Shown: positions 23,035-43,945, counted from the first letter of the stretch. The stretch: DNA of 64,000 nt from the human T2T-CHM13v2.0 reference genome, Homo sapiens (GCF_009914755.1 NC_060925.1); one strand, 5' to 3'. Program-made: numbers and translations. The notes: generated from the letters alone by a model not told the origin.

Positions 23035-24564
23035 GGGTAGGGAGGAGGTTGCTGCACTGCTCCACGTAAGAGATGATGGTAGCGTGGACCAGGTAGGAGC
23101 AGCAGACATGGTGAGAACGAGTCAGATCCCGGGTGCAGTTGGAGATAGAGCTGATGTGAATAGGTCTGGACTGGTTAAAGGGTATGAAGGAAAGAGAAGA
23201 GTTGAGATTGATGCCAAAGTTCTTGACCTGAGCAACCATGGCTGACATTACCATCATTGGTTTATGTCATTTTATTGATTGATTAGGTGAGATAGGGTCT
23301 TGCTCTGTCGCCCAGGCTGGAGTGCAGTGGCACGATCATAGCTCATTGTAGCCTCGAACTCCTGGGTTCAAGTAGTCCTCCTGCTTCGGCCCCCCAAAAT
23401 GCTGGGAGTGTAGGCATGAGCCACTGCACCTGGCTGGTTTATGTCATTTTCACTTTGAGTTTATTTACTTCTAAGTGGAGGGCAGGAAAGACTCTGGAAC
23501 TGAGAGAAGTCCCGACTACAGATATAACTTGGAGGCCATTAGTTTATAAAATGGTGTTTTATGCCAACAGCCTGATGAGCTCACTAAGGGAGCATGAGGC
23601 ACTTCAGCATCTCAAGGTCAAGGAGATAAGAAATCAGCAAAGGAACTTGAGATGGAGCTGCCACTAAATAAGAAGGAAATCAAGAGAGGAGGTAAATAAA
23701 ATGTATTCAGGAGGAAGCAATGATCAGCTGTATCAAATGCTGCTGAGAGCTCAGTAGGGGAATCGACCGCTGGATTTAGCAGTGTGGCGGTTGTCAGTGA
23801 CCTTCAGAAGCACTGTGGAAGCCAAGGCCGGATAGGAGTGGATCCAAGAGAAGGAACTGGACCAACACGCAGCCTTTTTTCAAGTTGTGCTGTAAAGAAA
23901 GGCCAAGAAATAGGGCAATGGCTGGAGAGGAGATGTAAGAACAAGACAGAGGCTTATTTCATTTTTTTTTTTTGTAAGTCTGTTTTGTCTGATGGAAGAA
24001 ATGATAAAACGTTTGTATGCTGATGGAAAATAGTCCAAAAGAGAGGTGAGGGGGTAATTGATAACACAGAGGAAAATGCAAGGGCTTTCTGGACTGGCCT
24101 CCCTGGAGGCGATGAGCAGGGATGGGCCCAGGCGGCAGGGGAGGCGCTGCCTTCAGGCCGGCATTCAGATGTTTATCCACAGGATGGAGGAAAGGCCGTG
24201 CCTGAGCACAGATGCAGGTGGGCGCTGATGAGTCTGGGGAGGTTCTCTTCCAATTGCTCCAATTTTCTCTAGGAAGTAAGAATCAAGATTCAGCTGAGAA
24301 TAAGAACAGGGAAGGAAATGTGGGGGCTTCAAGAGAGAGGAGGAGGTGTGAAATTAGCATCTAGAAGCGAGGGAGTGTAAACGGACGAGGGAAATATAGT
24401 AGAATTGCCTGGCAGTCCTGGGGGTTTACTGGAGACAAATGAGGAATATTCTTTCTCCACAGTGCTTAGCTGCTTGGGTGCTGAGCTGCTTGGGTGCAGG
24501 CTTGCAGTAGGTGGACACTTGTTTTAATGAGATTTGGGCTTCTGCTGAGGTCAGTACAATAAAC

Positions 24565-25213
24565 AGAAGGGAATAATAATGGCCCCTCAAAGATGTCCAC
24601 CTTCTAATTCCTGGAATTTGAATATGTCACGCGACATAGCAAAAGGAAATGAGAATTAAGGCTGTAGATAGATTAAAGTAGCTGATCAAGCCAGGTGCAG
24701 TAGCGCACACCTGTAGTCCCAGCTACTTGGGAGGCTGAGGCAGGAGGATTGCTTAAGACCAGCCTGGGTAACATCACGAGACGCCCATCTTAAAATATTC
24801 TTTTTAAAGTAGCTAATCAGTTGACCATGAGATGGGGAGATTATCCTGCATTATCAGGGTGGGCCTGGTGTCATCACAGGGGTCCTCATAAGAGGAAAAA
24901 GAAGGCAGAAAAGAGAGAACCAGAAAGATGGCATGGTGAGAAAGATACAACCAATGCTATGGACTTTGACTGAAGGTGGAAGAAGCAGCAATGAGCCCAG
25001 GAACGCAGGTGGCCTCTAGAAAGTGGAAAAGGCAAGGCGATTTCTTCTTCCTAGAGCTTCCAGTGGGAACCCAGCCCTCCTGACAGCTTAATGTTAGCCC
25101 AGTGAAACCCACTTCGGACTTCTGACGTCCAGAACGGTAAGATAATACATTTGTGTTGTCTTAAGCCATTAGGTTTGCAGTAATTTCTTACAGCAGCAAT
25201 GGAAAACAAATAC
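24565..25213 (+). mobile_element. MLT1D/E LTR with a FLAM-like insert
   Basis: MLT1 motifs; insert TSD aaagtagct(g/a)atca. Confidence 0.75.
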
Positions 25214-25369
25214 AGGGATACACAAGGAAGCAATGAGACTTAAGCTGAGTAAGGAGGGAAATGAACTATGAGAAGGAAAAGGTAGAAAGGTAAGTGAACT
25301 GGAGGCCCAGGTAAAGGGGTCAAAGAACTGGAGACGGGGTACTACATTCTTGTACTGGGGAATGCTTTA

Positions 25370-25882
<513 letters not shown>

Positions 25883-26093
25883 TCAAGTTACTACGTTATG
25901 GGGTGATTTGTTCCACATAGACAAGTAATATACCAGTTCCTTTTTTTCTTAATAGGTAACACCTCTAAGTTACAAATGAAGTGACTTCTTCAGGCAGGTT
26001 GCTATTGGCCCCCCTGATTAAATTAGGAGCCCTTCTCACAGTGCTCTGTTCTTCTGCTGCATAATTAAATGATTATTGCATGGTAATTTGCTT

Positions 26094-26718
<625 letters not shown>

Positions 26719-26967
26719 TTAATGTATGTATGCCACTGATATGGATTCCACTCCCAAACAAGACTGTAAGCTCCAGGAGGGCAGGAACATTCCCTTGTTC
26801 TCCTGTGTACCCACCTGCCTCGCACAACACCTGGCACGTAAGTATTCAGAAATCATCTGTTGAATGACTGCTGGGGTGAATGAATAGCATCTGTATGTGG
26901 TTAGATTTGGGGCTCAAGTGGAAGGATTTGTGTTAATACCAGTTTCAGTACAAGATGTAGCCAACCT

Positions 26968-27232
26968 TGGCAGGGCATGGTGGCTCATGCCTATAATCCT
27001 AGCACTTTGGGAGGCTGAGGCAGGAGGATTACTTCAGTCCAGGATTTCAAAACCAGCCTGGGCAACATAGTAGGACCCCATGTTTACAAAAAATAAAATT
27101 ACCCAGGTGTAGTGGCACACGCCTGAGGTGGGAGGATCACTTGAGCCCAGGAGGTCGAGGCTGCAGTGAGCAGAGATCATGCCACTGCACTCCAGCCTGA
27201 GCAACAGAGCAAGATCCTGTCTCAAAAAAAAA
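26968..27232 (+). mobile_element. AluJ
   Basis: 16-bp TSD aagatgtagccaacct. Confidence 0.9.
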
Positions 27233-28029
27233 AGATGTAGCCAACCTCAAAATCCCCTCCTCTGGCCCTGTCTTCGATCCCATCTGCTGTGGCTCACAGC
27301 CTGGTGAGCTGCAGGTGTCTCCTCATCTGCATTCCTGAGATCCAGCTGTATCCAAATACTGGCCTTTTTTTGGACTGTTCTGTTGTTTGTTATGCAAACA
27401 CGATTTTGCTTTGAACTGGACTGTAATTTGATGGATGTGCCAAGAGCTTATCTCATGGGTACAGGTGCACTGCAGGTAACATTTGGATCCATCAGCTTTG
27501 CTCACTTCTTGCATCCATCCCATTCAGTACCTGAGCATCTGATTATAGACATGCTGTTCTGAGGGCTCCTTTATGATTAAAATCCTTCAGAATGGTGACT
27601 TTTGTCACATTCCTCTTTTTCCTTATTCCCTTAGTCACAAATCCACATGTGCAATTTTGCCAAAGATTTTGAGCATGCCATACAGATTTTAGTTATTGCT
27701 CTGCCACTTATTAGCTGTGTGACCTTGGGCAAGTTATTGAACCTCTGAGCCTCAGTTCCCTCATCTGTCATATGAGGTTACAATAGTTCCTATCTTGCAA
27801 AAGTAACTGTGAAGATTGGCTATGATAAAGGAAATTGGCTTTGCATAATGCCTAAGTATTTACTAAGCTTTAAGTAAATATTGGTTTTGTTATATTAGAA
27901 ATGAATGTAGCTTCAAAGTCAAACAATTACATCTTCAAACAGGTCTGCAGCAGTATTTAGGATATCCATGAGCATTCTAGAGCAAACAGACTCTTCTGAA
28001 GAATATGCATGCACCTTTAGCACCAAAAG

Positions 28030-28032
<3 letters not shown>

Positions 28033-28072
<40 letters not shown>

Positions 28073-28079
28073 CACACAC
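28033..28079 (+). repeat. (CA)n microsatellite
   Basis: Directly visible. Confidence 0.95.
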
Positions 28080-28415
28080 CCCTACCTACAATGGAGATAT
28101 ATTCACATGGTCAATCACAGTTCATTTCTACTTATCACTTACATAATCACTTACAACCATCTAGATATTAAGAAGATTGTACTTCAAGAACATTGAAAAC
28201 CCTGCCAAAACCTCTCTAAATGAAACAGTTCCCAGCCTTCAAATGAGGCATTGTACCAATCTCTATCCACCTTTTTCAGAGAGGAAAGGCAAGCAACCCA
28301 AGGTCACAAAATGAGTCACTGTTGGAAGTGAGCATTTAAAAAAAGTAATAAAAGTGTATGTGCTGTCCTTTAAGAATAACACTGACCTGCCATCAATGAG
28401 AGGTTTGCTCTAAGC

Positions 28416-28635
28416 CAGGGGTGTCCAATATTTTGGCTTCCCTGGGCCACTCTGGAAGAAGAATTGTCTTGGGCCACAAGTAAAATACACCAACACTAAC
28501 GATATAGCTGGTGAGCTAAAAAATTTAAAAATGGCCAAAAAATTCATGTTTTAAGAAAGTATGAATTTGTGCTAGGCCACATTCGTAGCCATCCTGGGCC
28601 ACATGTGGCCTCGGGCCGTGGCTTGGACAAGCTTG
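28416..28635 (+). mobile_element. MER30 hAT-Charlie MITE
   Basis: caggggtgtccaa...ttggacaagcttg; 8-bp TSD c(t/c)ctaagc. Confidence 0.88.
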
Positions 28636-29199
28636 CCCTAAGCTGTTTTCTTGCAGTGGAGGTGATGACAACAGAGGGGAGCTGGCAGAAGCAGATCACG
28701 TTCAGCTATTCAACAAACATCTTTTGAGTATCTACTATGTTCCAGATGCTGTCCAGGCCACTGTGGAGTTGGCAGTGTTTAAGACAGATGCATTCCCTGC
28801 CCTCTACGTGTTACAGTCTTGGGAATGGAGAGAGAGAGGCACCAAATAAATGATTACACAAATAGTTATCTGATTATAATTCTGATAGATGCTTTGAAGG
28901 GTTTACATTGAGGCGCAGGACCCATGGAAGTCAGGAGGGGTCAGGAAACTTTCCCTAGAGCAGTGACACTTACTCATCGGCTTGAAAGATGAATAGACTA
29001 GAAGAAGAGGGGATGGGGACAAGGGGGAACAGCATCTGGAAAGTACCCAAGACAACAAGGTACTCAGTGGTTAGAGAAACTGGAAGGAAGCTAGTATAGC
29101 ATGGCTTGGGCAGAGAGATGTTGGAAAGGAGCTCACAAGGAAACTAGGGAGAGGGCAACCTTGCAGAGTCTTGGGGGCCAGTGTGACAGATGAGGATGG

Positions 29200-29730
29200 T
29201 ATTTTTCTTCTGCTGAGAGACAAACTGTCCCAAAGCTTAGCAACTTAATGACACTCATGTGTCATCTCACAGTTCCTATGGGTTAGGAAGTCAGAAGCAA
29301 CATAGCTGCATGCCCTGGCTCAGTGTCTTTCAGGAGGCTGCAGTCTACATATGAGCTGGGGCTGTGGTCATCTGAAGGTTGAACTGGGGCCAGAGGGTCC
29401 ACTTCCAAGATGCTTACTCACAGGGATGCTGACTTGGTGCTGGCTGTTGGCAGGAGGCCTAAGTTCCTTGCCATGTGGACTTCTCCATAGGACGGCTTGA
29501 GTATCCTCATGACATGGCCACTGGTTTCTGCCATAGCAAGTAATCCAAGAGAGAACAAAGCAAAAGCCACAGGATCCTTCATGTCCTAGCCTCAGAAATC
29601 ACACAGTGACACTTCCACAATGTCTTATGCATTACTTAGTCAGCCCCATTCATTGTGGGAGGAGAATACACATAGGCATGAACACCAGGAAGTGAGGATC
29701 ACTGGGTGCCATCTTGGAGTCTGGCCACAA
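29200..29730 (-). mobile_element. MLT1 LTR
   Basis: atctcacagttcctatgggttaggaa...gccatcttggagtctggccacaaca. Confidence 0.7.
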
Positions 29731-30223
29731 CAGCAATGTCTTCCATATCTCTTATGTGCCCCCCACCCCAGTGTCTAGTATTAAACTCAGCACCCACTTA
29801 AAATGATCCCTGGTCAAGTTTGGTGGCTCTAAGTGCCTGTAATCCCAGCACTTTGGGAGGCCGAGGTGTGAGGAATGCTTGAGCCCAGGAGTTTGAGACC
29901 AACCTGGACAACATGGTAAGACCCTGTCTCCAAAAAATACACACAAAAAATTAGCCAGGCATGATGGTATACTCAGGAGGCTGAGGTGAAAGGAAATCCT
30001 GAGCCCAGGGACGTCAAGGCTGCAGTGAGCCACGATCGAGCCACTGCACTCCAGCCTGGATGACAGAGTGAGACCCTGTCTCCAAAAATGATTCTTAAGA
30101 TGTTTGGTCGAATTTACAAACCGCAAGGGACTATGGCAATTAGTCCAACTTTCCTATTCATTTGTCAGAAAAAAAAACTGAGTGAATACACAAATATGAA
30201 CAAATTTATCAATTGATATGCAT

Positions 30224-31290
<1,067 letters not shown>

Positions 31291-32240
31291 CAACATGGAG
31301 GTACTTTTACATTTCCAGGAACAAGTGATAATGCAATCAAGTATCTGTAAGTAGGATACATGAATCCTGAGCACAATATGAACCACCAGAAAACTACCAA
31401 GGAGAACCTTCTCATTAGACGTGGAAAATTGAGATGGATTCCCCATCTCTTCCCCAAGCCTCACTAAAACAGGAAGGAATGGAAAGTGACCTAAGTGACA
31501 AGAAACAAATGAGAGGTGGCAGCAGCTGAGAGGTGGCGGCGACACTTGGGAGGATGAAAGACGGGGCAAAAGCTCAGCAGAGGGGAGAAGACTGCAACCC
31601 AACAAGAACCAGCCCAGCCACATCGTGCGGAGGAGCCTGGACACCCAGGAATTCTGAGCAGCAGACATTTCTGGTGATGAGGGCGAGGGTGGTGAGAAGG
31701 GAGGACCCACTGAAAGCCCGCAGTGAGAGCCCCAGCTACCCTCCAGGATCCGGAGCAGCATGGAGATGGCCACCTTGCCCTCCACATCAGAAGCTGCACC
31801 AGATCTTTACCCTCTGGGGGGCTGAATCAACGAGTGCTAGACTGAAGCACCCAGGCACAGCCAAGGGTGAGGGAGCCATGATCCTGAACATAGCATTGAC
31901 TGATTAATGAGACCCCCTGGGCCTGTCTTCAGTGCACTCCCAGTATGGGGACAGCCAGACTGGCGCACCCCCTCCGTGAGGGCAGGAGACCCTAGGAGCG
32001 CTCTCTGGGGACAGTGACTGCAACTCTCGGTTCCCTTACAAATGGCTGAGTTGTCACCAGAAAATGACACTCACATATGGCAAACCCTGTCCTCCCCTCC
32101 GCTCCCTGGCCCTCATACATAAAGAGCTTCCAATCAGCTTTTGTGCCTCTCAGCTTAGGACTGGACAACACTAATACCAAACATTAGAGGAAAGCTGCAA
32201 AGATTCAGACATTTGCATTTTTGAACTAATTTTTTTTTGA

Positions 32241-32528
<288 letters not shown>

Positions 32529-32769
32529 TAAAACAGCAGAAAGGAACTCAGGAAGCAGATCAATGCAGGAAACTGAAGAAGACTTTTAAAAACAACTGTA
32601 GGCTGGGTGCAGTGGCTCATGCCTGTAATTCCAGCACTTTGGGAGGCCAAGACAGGAGGATCACTTGAGCTTAGGAGTGGGAGGGCAACACAGTGAGAGC
32701 TCATCTCTCCTAAAAATTCAACGAAATTTGCTGGGCGTGATGGCAGGCACCTGTAGTCCCAGCTACTCA

Positions 32770-34645
<1,876 letters not shown>

Positions 34646-35234
34646 CAATTGAAAGATTAAAAATTTCAAAAAGCAACTACAATTAACATTCTTAGAGACA
34701 CAAGAGATAATACTATGTCCATGAAACAAGAATAAGATGCTATAGAGAAAAAAAAAGACAAGAAATTGCTCTTAGAAGCAGATTTGTGAGGAGAGGGATT
34801 TTTAAAAATCTGATAGAAAAGTTGGATGATAAAGTTGAAGTAATGTCCCTGGAAATAGAAAAAACATTTTTTAAAATGGAAAATTGCAAAGAACACTTTG
34901 AAAAATTAGAGATTGAACTAAAATAGATCTGGAAAGAAAACAAAAAAGAGAAAATGGAATGGAGGAAACTAGCACCCACAGAAATTTCACCAAAATTGAT
35001 TTCCAAATTAAAAGAGATTGATTTCCAGAATAAAAGGCCCACCAAGTGCCCACAGAAAATGCACATCATTATGAAACTGTAGACCTCTGGAAGATCCTGA
35101 AAACTTCCAGAGGGAACAATCAAGCCATATGCACAGGACAGGGTATCAGACTGTCATTTGACTTTTCAACAGCAACCATGGATCATGTCTTCAAATTCTC
35201 AGGGAAATTTATCTCCAATGTAGAATTCAGCACC

Positions 35235-35611
35235 CATATGGTTTGGATCTGTGTCCCCGCCCAAATCTCATGTGGAACCGTAATCCCTAGCGTTGGAAGT
35301 GGGGCCTGCTGGGAGATGATTGGATCATGGGGGCAGCTTTCTCCTTAGTACTGTGTCGTAATAGTGAGTTCTTGTGAGATCTGGTTGTTTAAAAGTGTAT
35401 AGCACCTCCCCTCCCTCTCTCTTCCTCCTGCTCCATGTGACACCCGGCTCTCCCTTCACCTTCTACCATGATTGTAAGTTTCCTGAGGCCTCCCCAGAAG
35501 TAGAAGCCACAGTGCATCCTGTATAGCCTGCAGAACCAAGTCAATTAAACCTTTTATAAATTACTCAGTCTCGGGTATTTTTTAATAGCAATGAGAGAAT
35601 GAACTAACACA
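35235..35611 (+). mobile_element. MSTA-like MaLR LTR
   Basis: atatggtttggatctgtgtccccgcccaaatctcatg...gaactaacaca. Confidence 0.85.
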
Positions 35612-35837
35612 GACACCAAGGCAAACTATCAATCAAAGCTAGTAGAATATATGCTCTGTCAAAACAAGAAAATAACAACAAAAACCAAGGGATCCAGAAA
35701 ACAGGATCCAACATAGGAAAGAAGCAAAGGAAACTCCCAGGATAGTAGTAGCGTAAGGTCCCGGGACAATAGCTCCATAGGTCTCTGCATTCCAGATGGG
35801 AGCCCAGAGAGGATGCCTCCAAGAGGGATGTCCCTAA

Positions 35838-37231
<1,394 letters not shown>

Positions 37232-37609
37232 AAAATGTATAGAAGAGTGGTTGTCTGTGGAAGTGGGAATTGAGACTAAAAAAGGGTGGGGTAAGGGATT
37301 GATTTGTTTTAAATTATAAGCCTACTATAAGCCAGGTATTTGGCTTTTTAAATTAATATTAGTATAAATATGGTAATGATGTTTGAAAAAAGAGAAAAGA
37401 TCCAACTGCATGCCAGTCTATGAAGTAGTGACAACCTGGTGCCAGGCTGGGAGCTCTTACCAAGGAAAGGAATCAAGAGAAAACAGAGAAGGCAGCCCTG
37501 GTCCCATTCATGATGAGTTCAGCCTCCATGACTGGGACCAGACCAGCTTTTCGAGACATCTAAATAGAAAGGATGGTGGAAGCCCAGAGGGCAGCTGAGC
37601 CCTCTATAC

Positions 37610-38269
<660 letters not shown>

Positions 38270-38604
38270 CTCTATAGGAAAAAGGTTACAGGAAGAACAG
38301 AATGCCCAAGACCAAGCTTGCTTTGAGGTCAAGGGATTGTAACATAAAAACAGACTACTGGGCTTGCTGTGATCTCACAGTCCCAGGTGATGCCCTCCCC
38401 ATCCCCTGAGAATTTCTCCAAAGAACAATGGGAATAGAAGCCACATCACCAGGATTAAGGAAAGTGGGGCAGGCTCCAGAGAGAGTAGAGACCTTCAATG
38501 TGCAGCACACATGTACCTATGGCCACTTGATCTCTAGCCTGCTGGTAGGCAGGAGGCTTAGGGTTGCCAGATACATGCAATACTTGAGACATACTTAGAC
38601 TTTA

Positions 38605-39001
<397 letters not shown>

Positions 39002-39017
39002 TCAACAGCTGGAGTTC

Positions 39018-39637
<620 letters not shown>

Positions 39638-41189
39638 TGCAGTTTTCTCTGCCTTGCAAGCTGAGGCTTTGCTTCTGAGCACTCCCACCAGCCCACTGCC
39701 AGCGGGGAGAGGGAACCCCCAGTGGCAAGGTCCAGAGAACAGCCCTAGGAGACTCAAGACAGGATATGGCAGAATTTTACAGTGAACTGACTTTCAGGTC
39801 AAAACCACATGAAGTCCTTTCCATAAAGGGATTTGGTTGAGTTAATGTCTCCACTGGCCCAGGAGACAAATGTAGCGCCATGGAAAGCACTGCAATGATC
39901 ACTGGCTTCTCAGAGCCTGTTCTCTCCCCCTGGGAAATGAGACCACATCTGCAGGGTGGGGAACAGTAGGAGACTTACTTTCATGTCCTTCTTCTGTGAA
40001 TTTTTACCACAAGCACATCTTCCTTTTATAATCAGCAAAAGGTGATAAAGATATTTCCATATTAAAAATGAACCGAGGCTACAACCAACCAGATCATCTG
40101 GGAGGCACCCTCCAAACCAAAGATACTGCAATTCGGAGTAATTTCCTGTTCTTTATTTGCATATTATTTTCTTGTTGTGGTTTGTTATTTTACTTATATT
40201 CCCCCAGGGATTCTGACCCAGACACTCACTCCTACCCACTGGCAGGATGTTGCTGGCCGAGATAGCACACACTGTCTTCCCAAATCTTCCCACTGCTCCC
40301 ACTCTCGGAGGTCATGTGGTTTGGCTTGGCCCAGCCCAAGCTCTCAATTCAGCTCCAGCCCAGACCTGGGTTCACTCCTGACCTGGACACCACCCCAGAT
40401 GACCTGTTCAGAAGCCAAGGAAAGAGCTTGAGTGTTGACTCTGTGAGAGCCCAAGGCAACAAGACTCCTGGTCATATCAGAGCAGTCCTGGAGTTCTAGG
40501 GAGCTTGTGGCTTAACCAATCTTGAAAGAGGGAGCTGTGTCCCCACACCCAGGGACAACTGTCTCTCAGTATATCAGAACTTCCTCCCTAGCAGGTCCTC
40601 ATCACTTCTCATTAGGAGGTCCCGGGGAGCATGGAGGGTTGGGGGCAGCCCCTGGGTCACCAGGGCCTGAGTGGAGCCCTAGTTTTACCTCCTACCAGCC
40701 TGAAGACCTTGGGCCAGTCATTTAACTGAGCCTGGGCTTGTTCCAAGAATTAAATAAGAAAATGAATGCTAAACCCCTGGGAACTCACAGGAGTTCACAA
40801 ATAGGAGTTTATTTAATCATGCGCCCAGAGGCTGCCCTTTCGCCAGAAGGAGCTTTTCAACTGCAATTACCACAGACCCTGTTCTGAAAGTTTCCCCCAC
40901 CCTCCAAGAGTACCCTCCCTGCTTCAGACCAGGCGAGGGGCACTGCCAGCCACTGCAGCAGCGGCCAGGTCTCTCAGCTCAGGCCCAGCGGTCTGGCCCA
41001 CGACCTTGGAAGAACCTGGGAGAAAGCTTCACCAAGCGACAGTACTTTTCCACTGCACTGCTCGGCCACCTCGGCTGGCTTTGTGCTGTGCAGACGAGGC
41101 AAAGTGCGCCAGGCCAGCCCCTTCAGGAACACCCCCTAACTCCCACTCTCAGAGATGGGGGTAATGACATGCTGTGGGTGAGGGGCAGC

Positions 41190-43140
41190 AGGAATCGTGG
41201 GGCGCGGGGGTTCCCGAATGCGCCAAGGGGAGCTTGGAGACCAGTAGCGAGGCCAAATAAATTAGCATGGACGAAGCCCTCCTGTATATTTCAGGGGATT
41301 CCTAGTACTTAACAGCCCTCTCTACCCCCACCCCTCCACTAATAATGATTAAACCCGTTCCACCGCGCCTGTGCAGGGTCCCGGGCAGCGCGAGCCTGCG
41401 TGGGGGGAGGGGAGAAGAGGGCAAGGGGAGGGGACAAGAGAGCTAGCGGTCCCGCCCGGTGATGTAGGCAGCCCGGGGAGGTGGAGCCGCGACGCCTGAA
41501 GGAGTCCCCACCGCAGCCGCGCTCTCGGTCTGCCCCACTAAGCAGCCGCCAGCGGCTCCGGCGACCCAAATTGCGGCGGCAGGGACCGCGGAAATCCCAC
41601 CGTTTGGGCTTGGTGGACGTCCAGCCCACCTCACCCCCAGCCCCGGCCCCTCCTCGCTTCCCAGACGGCTGGAGACACTCCCGGGAAAAGCGGTCCTCAG
41701 CCACTCGGCCGCCGTCCGCACCTCGGCTGCTGGCCCGGCTGGGCACCGGGCATCTGCGAAGCTAGCCCTGCCTGGCACTGGGCATCTCCAGGCAACGACT
41801 GTCCCCGGCCCTGCCCAGCTTCTCGCGACTCCAGGGCGGTGGACTTCTGCGCGCCTTCCCTCCCCCGGTCTCCCGACAGGACGCCGGTGAGCTCCCTGCG
41901 CCCCCAGCCCCTTTCGCCGCCGCCGCGATGCTGCCCTGGAGACGTAACAAATTCGTGCTGGTGGAGGACGAGGCCAAGTGCAAGGCGAAGAGCCTGAGTC
42001 CGGGGCTCGCCTACACGTCGCTGCTCTCCAGCTTCCTGCGCTCCTGCCCGGACCTGCTGCCCGACTGGCCGCTGGAGCGCTTGGGCCGTGTGTTCCGCAG
42101 CCGGCGCCAGAAAGTGGAGCTCAACAAGGAGGACCCGACCTACACCGTGTGGTACCTGGGCAACGCCGTCACCCTGCACGCCAAGGGCGACGGCTGCACC
42201 GACGACGCCGTGGGCAAGATCTGGGCTCGCTGCGGGCCTGGCGGGGGCACTAAGATGAAGCTGACGCTGGGGCCGCACGGCATCCGCATGCAGCCGTGCG
42301 AGCGCAGCGCCGCCGGGGGTTCGGGGGGCCGCAGGCCGGCGCACGCCTACCTGCTGCCGCGCATCACCTACTGCACGGCGGACGGGCGCCACCCGCGCGT
42401 CTTCGCCTGGGTCTACCGCCACCAGGCGCGCCACAAGGCCGTGGTGCTGCGCTGCCACGCTGTGCTGCTGGCGCGGGCGCACAAGGCGCGCGCCCTGGCC
42501 CGCCTGCTCCGCCAGACCGCGCTGGCGGCCTTCAGCGACTTCAAGCGCCTGCAGCGCCAGAGCGACGCGCGCCACGTGCGCCAGCAGCATCTCCGCGCTG
42601 GGGGCGCCGCCGCCTCGGTGCCCCGCGCCCCACTGCGCCGCCTGCTCAATGCCAAGTGCGCCTACCGGCCGCCGCCGAGCGAGCGCAGCCGCGGGGCGCC
42701 GCGCCTCAGCAGCATCCAGGAGGAGGACGAGGAGGAGGAGGAGGACGACGCGGAGGAGCAAGAGGGAGGAGTCCCCCAGCGCGAGCGGCCGGAGGTGCTC
42801 AGCCTGGCCCGGGAGCTGAGGACGTGCAGCCTGCGGGGCGCCCCGGCGCCCCCGCCGCCCGCGCAGCCCCGCCGCTGGAAGGCCGGCCCCAGGGAGCGGG
42901 CGGGCCAGGCGCGCTGAGAGCCGAAGGACAGGACTCGCAGCCCCAGGCCCGACCCGCCAGACTCACAGCCTCCAACCCCGGCCCTGCCCGCTTCGGCTGC
43001 CCCGGCCCCCGGCCCGTGTCTCCCCCGTGGTCTCCGTGTTGTCCGCCCCGCCGCCTCATTTTGGCTCAGGGTGATGCCTGATACGCCCTTGGTTATTGGG
43101 GGGTGTTCCTCTCTCCCCACACCCGGAGTTTCCCGGGCCT
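41190..43140. promoter_or_regulatory. CpG island covering the FAM43B promoter, 5' UTR and whole CDS
   Basis: Abrupt rise in GC and CpG density (cgcg and gccgcc runs) against CpG-poor flanks; boundaries judged by eye. Confidence 0.9.
41928..42917 (+). CDS. FAM43B: FAM43B, 329 aa, single coding exon; PID/PTB-like domain, acidic poly-E tract near the C-terminus
   Basis: Intact ATG-TGA ORF, start context gccgccgcgATG, high GC3. Protein [17 protein letters not shown]...[32 protein letters not shown]...VFAWVYRH...LRCHAVL recognised as FAM43 family. Confidence 0.96.
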
Positions 43141-43939
43141 GCCATTGTGGACCCGCCCCCTATGCTTTACACCTAGTCTCTTTGCCCACAGACCTCCTCA
43201 TTCCCTCCCAAAACATCCTCTCAAGAGAAGGGAGGAGAAGTTTCAAGAAATCAGGAGGGGTGGGTTTGGACCCTGGGCAGGGTGGAGGCAGTGACCTTGC
43301 CCTTGGTCCCTCTAGCCTTCTTCCCTGTGCAAAAAAAAATGACCCTGGAGAGGCATTCTTGTAGGAGAAGAATCTAGCGGCCGGGGAGAATTGGGGCCGG
43401 GCCGGCGGTGGGCAGAGTCCGCTGCTATACACACAGGGAGGAATTCTCACGCCCAAGCCCCGCCTCTCTACGCCTTGGAGGACTCCTGTGACTTCACTGC
43501 TCTGCCTCTGGAGAACACTGGGAGAGTCCTACCGACGTTCAAACAACAGGTTAGGCCAGGTAACAGCCCTGCACCAGGCCGCTGCCCACGCCTCTGCCCT
43601 GGCACCCCCAGGGGATTCCTTGCCCATCCCATCTCTCTGCAGACGGATGTGTGTGGCCCCCTCCTAGGTGCCCCACAACCAGGACCAAGATGGGGCTCCC
43701 AAAGGAGGTAAGGAGAACCTTTGGCAGGTGCTTAGGACACTGACTACCTAGAAAGTAGACGCAGCAGAGTTGCTCCCAAGTCGAGGCTCCTCAGAGCAGG
43801 TGGGTCCTGACAGCAGTGGATTCTCCCAGCAGGATGAGGAAGGAGGGTGTGTTAACCAACCAAGGGAGTGGGCCCCCCACCCAGGTGTCTCCGCAAGACC
43901 ACAAAAAGCCCAAAGATCTATGTGTCACTGATCATTGTA

Positions 43940-43945
43940 AATAAA
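43940..43945 (+). terminator. FAM43B polyadenylation signal AATAAA
   Basis: AATAAA ~1 kb after the stop codon, followed by a GT-rich downstream element (ctgtgttgtgttt, ~43978-43990). Confidence 0.8.

Noticed and set aside
41855-41893. Splice acceptor-like (pyrimidine tract + CAG) and donor-like (G|GTGAGC) motifs in the FAM43B 5' UTR
   Set aside because: Only 7 nt apart, common in GC-rich DNA, and no partner exon is evident.
41697-42761. 354-aa antisense ORF over FAM43B
   Set aside because: Antisense shadow of a high-GC3 CDS; A/R/G-rich with no recognisable domain.
41978-43081. Alternative-frame ORFs of 91 and 261 aa overlapping FAM43B
   Set aside because: GTG starts, low-complexity P/A/G/R content; stop scarcity is expected from GC3 bias.
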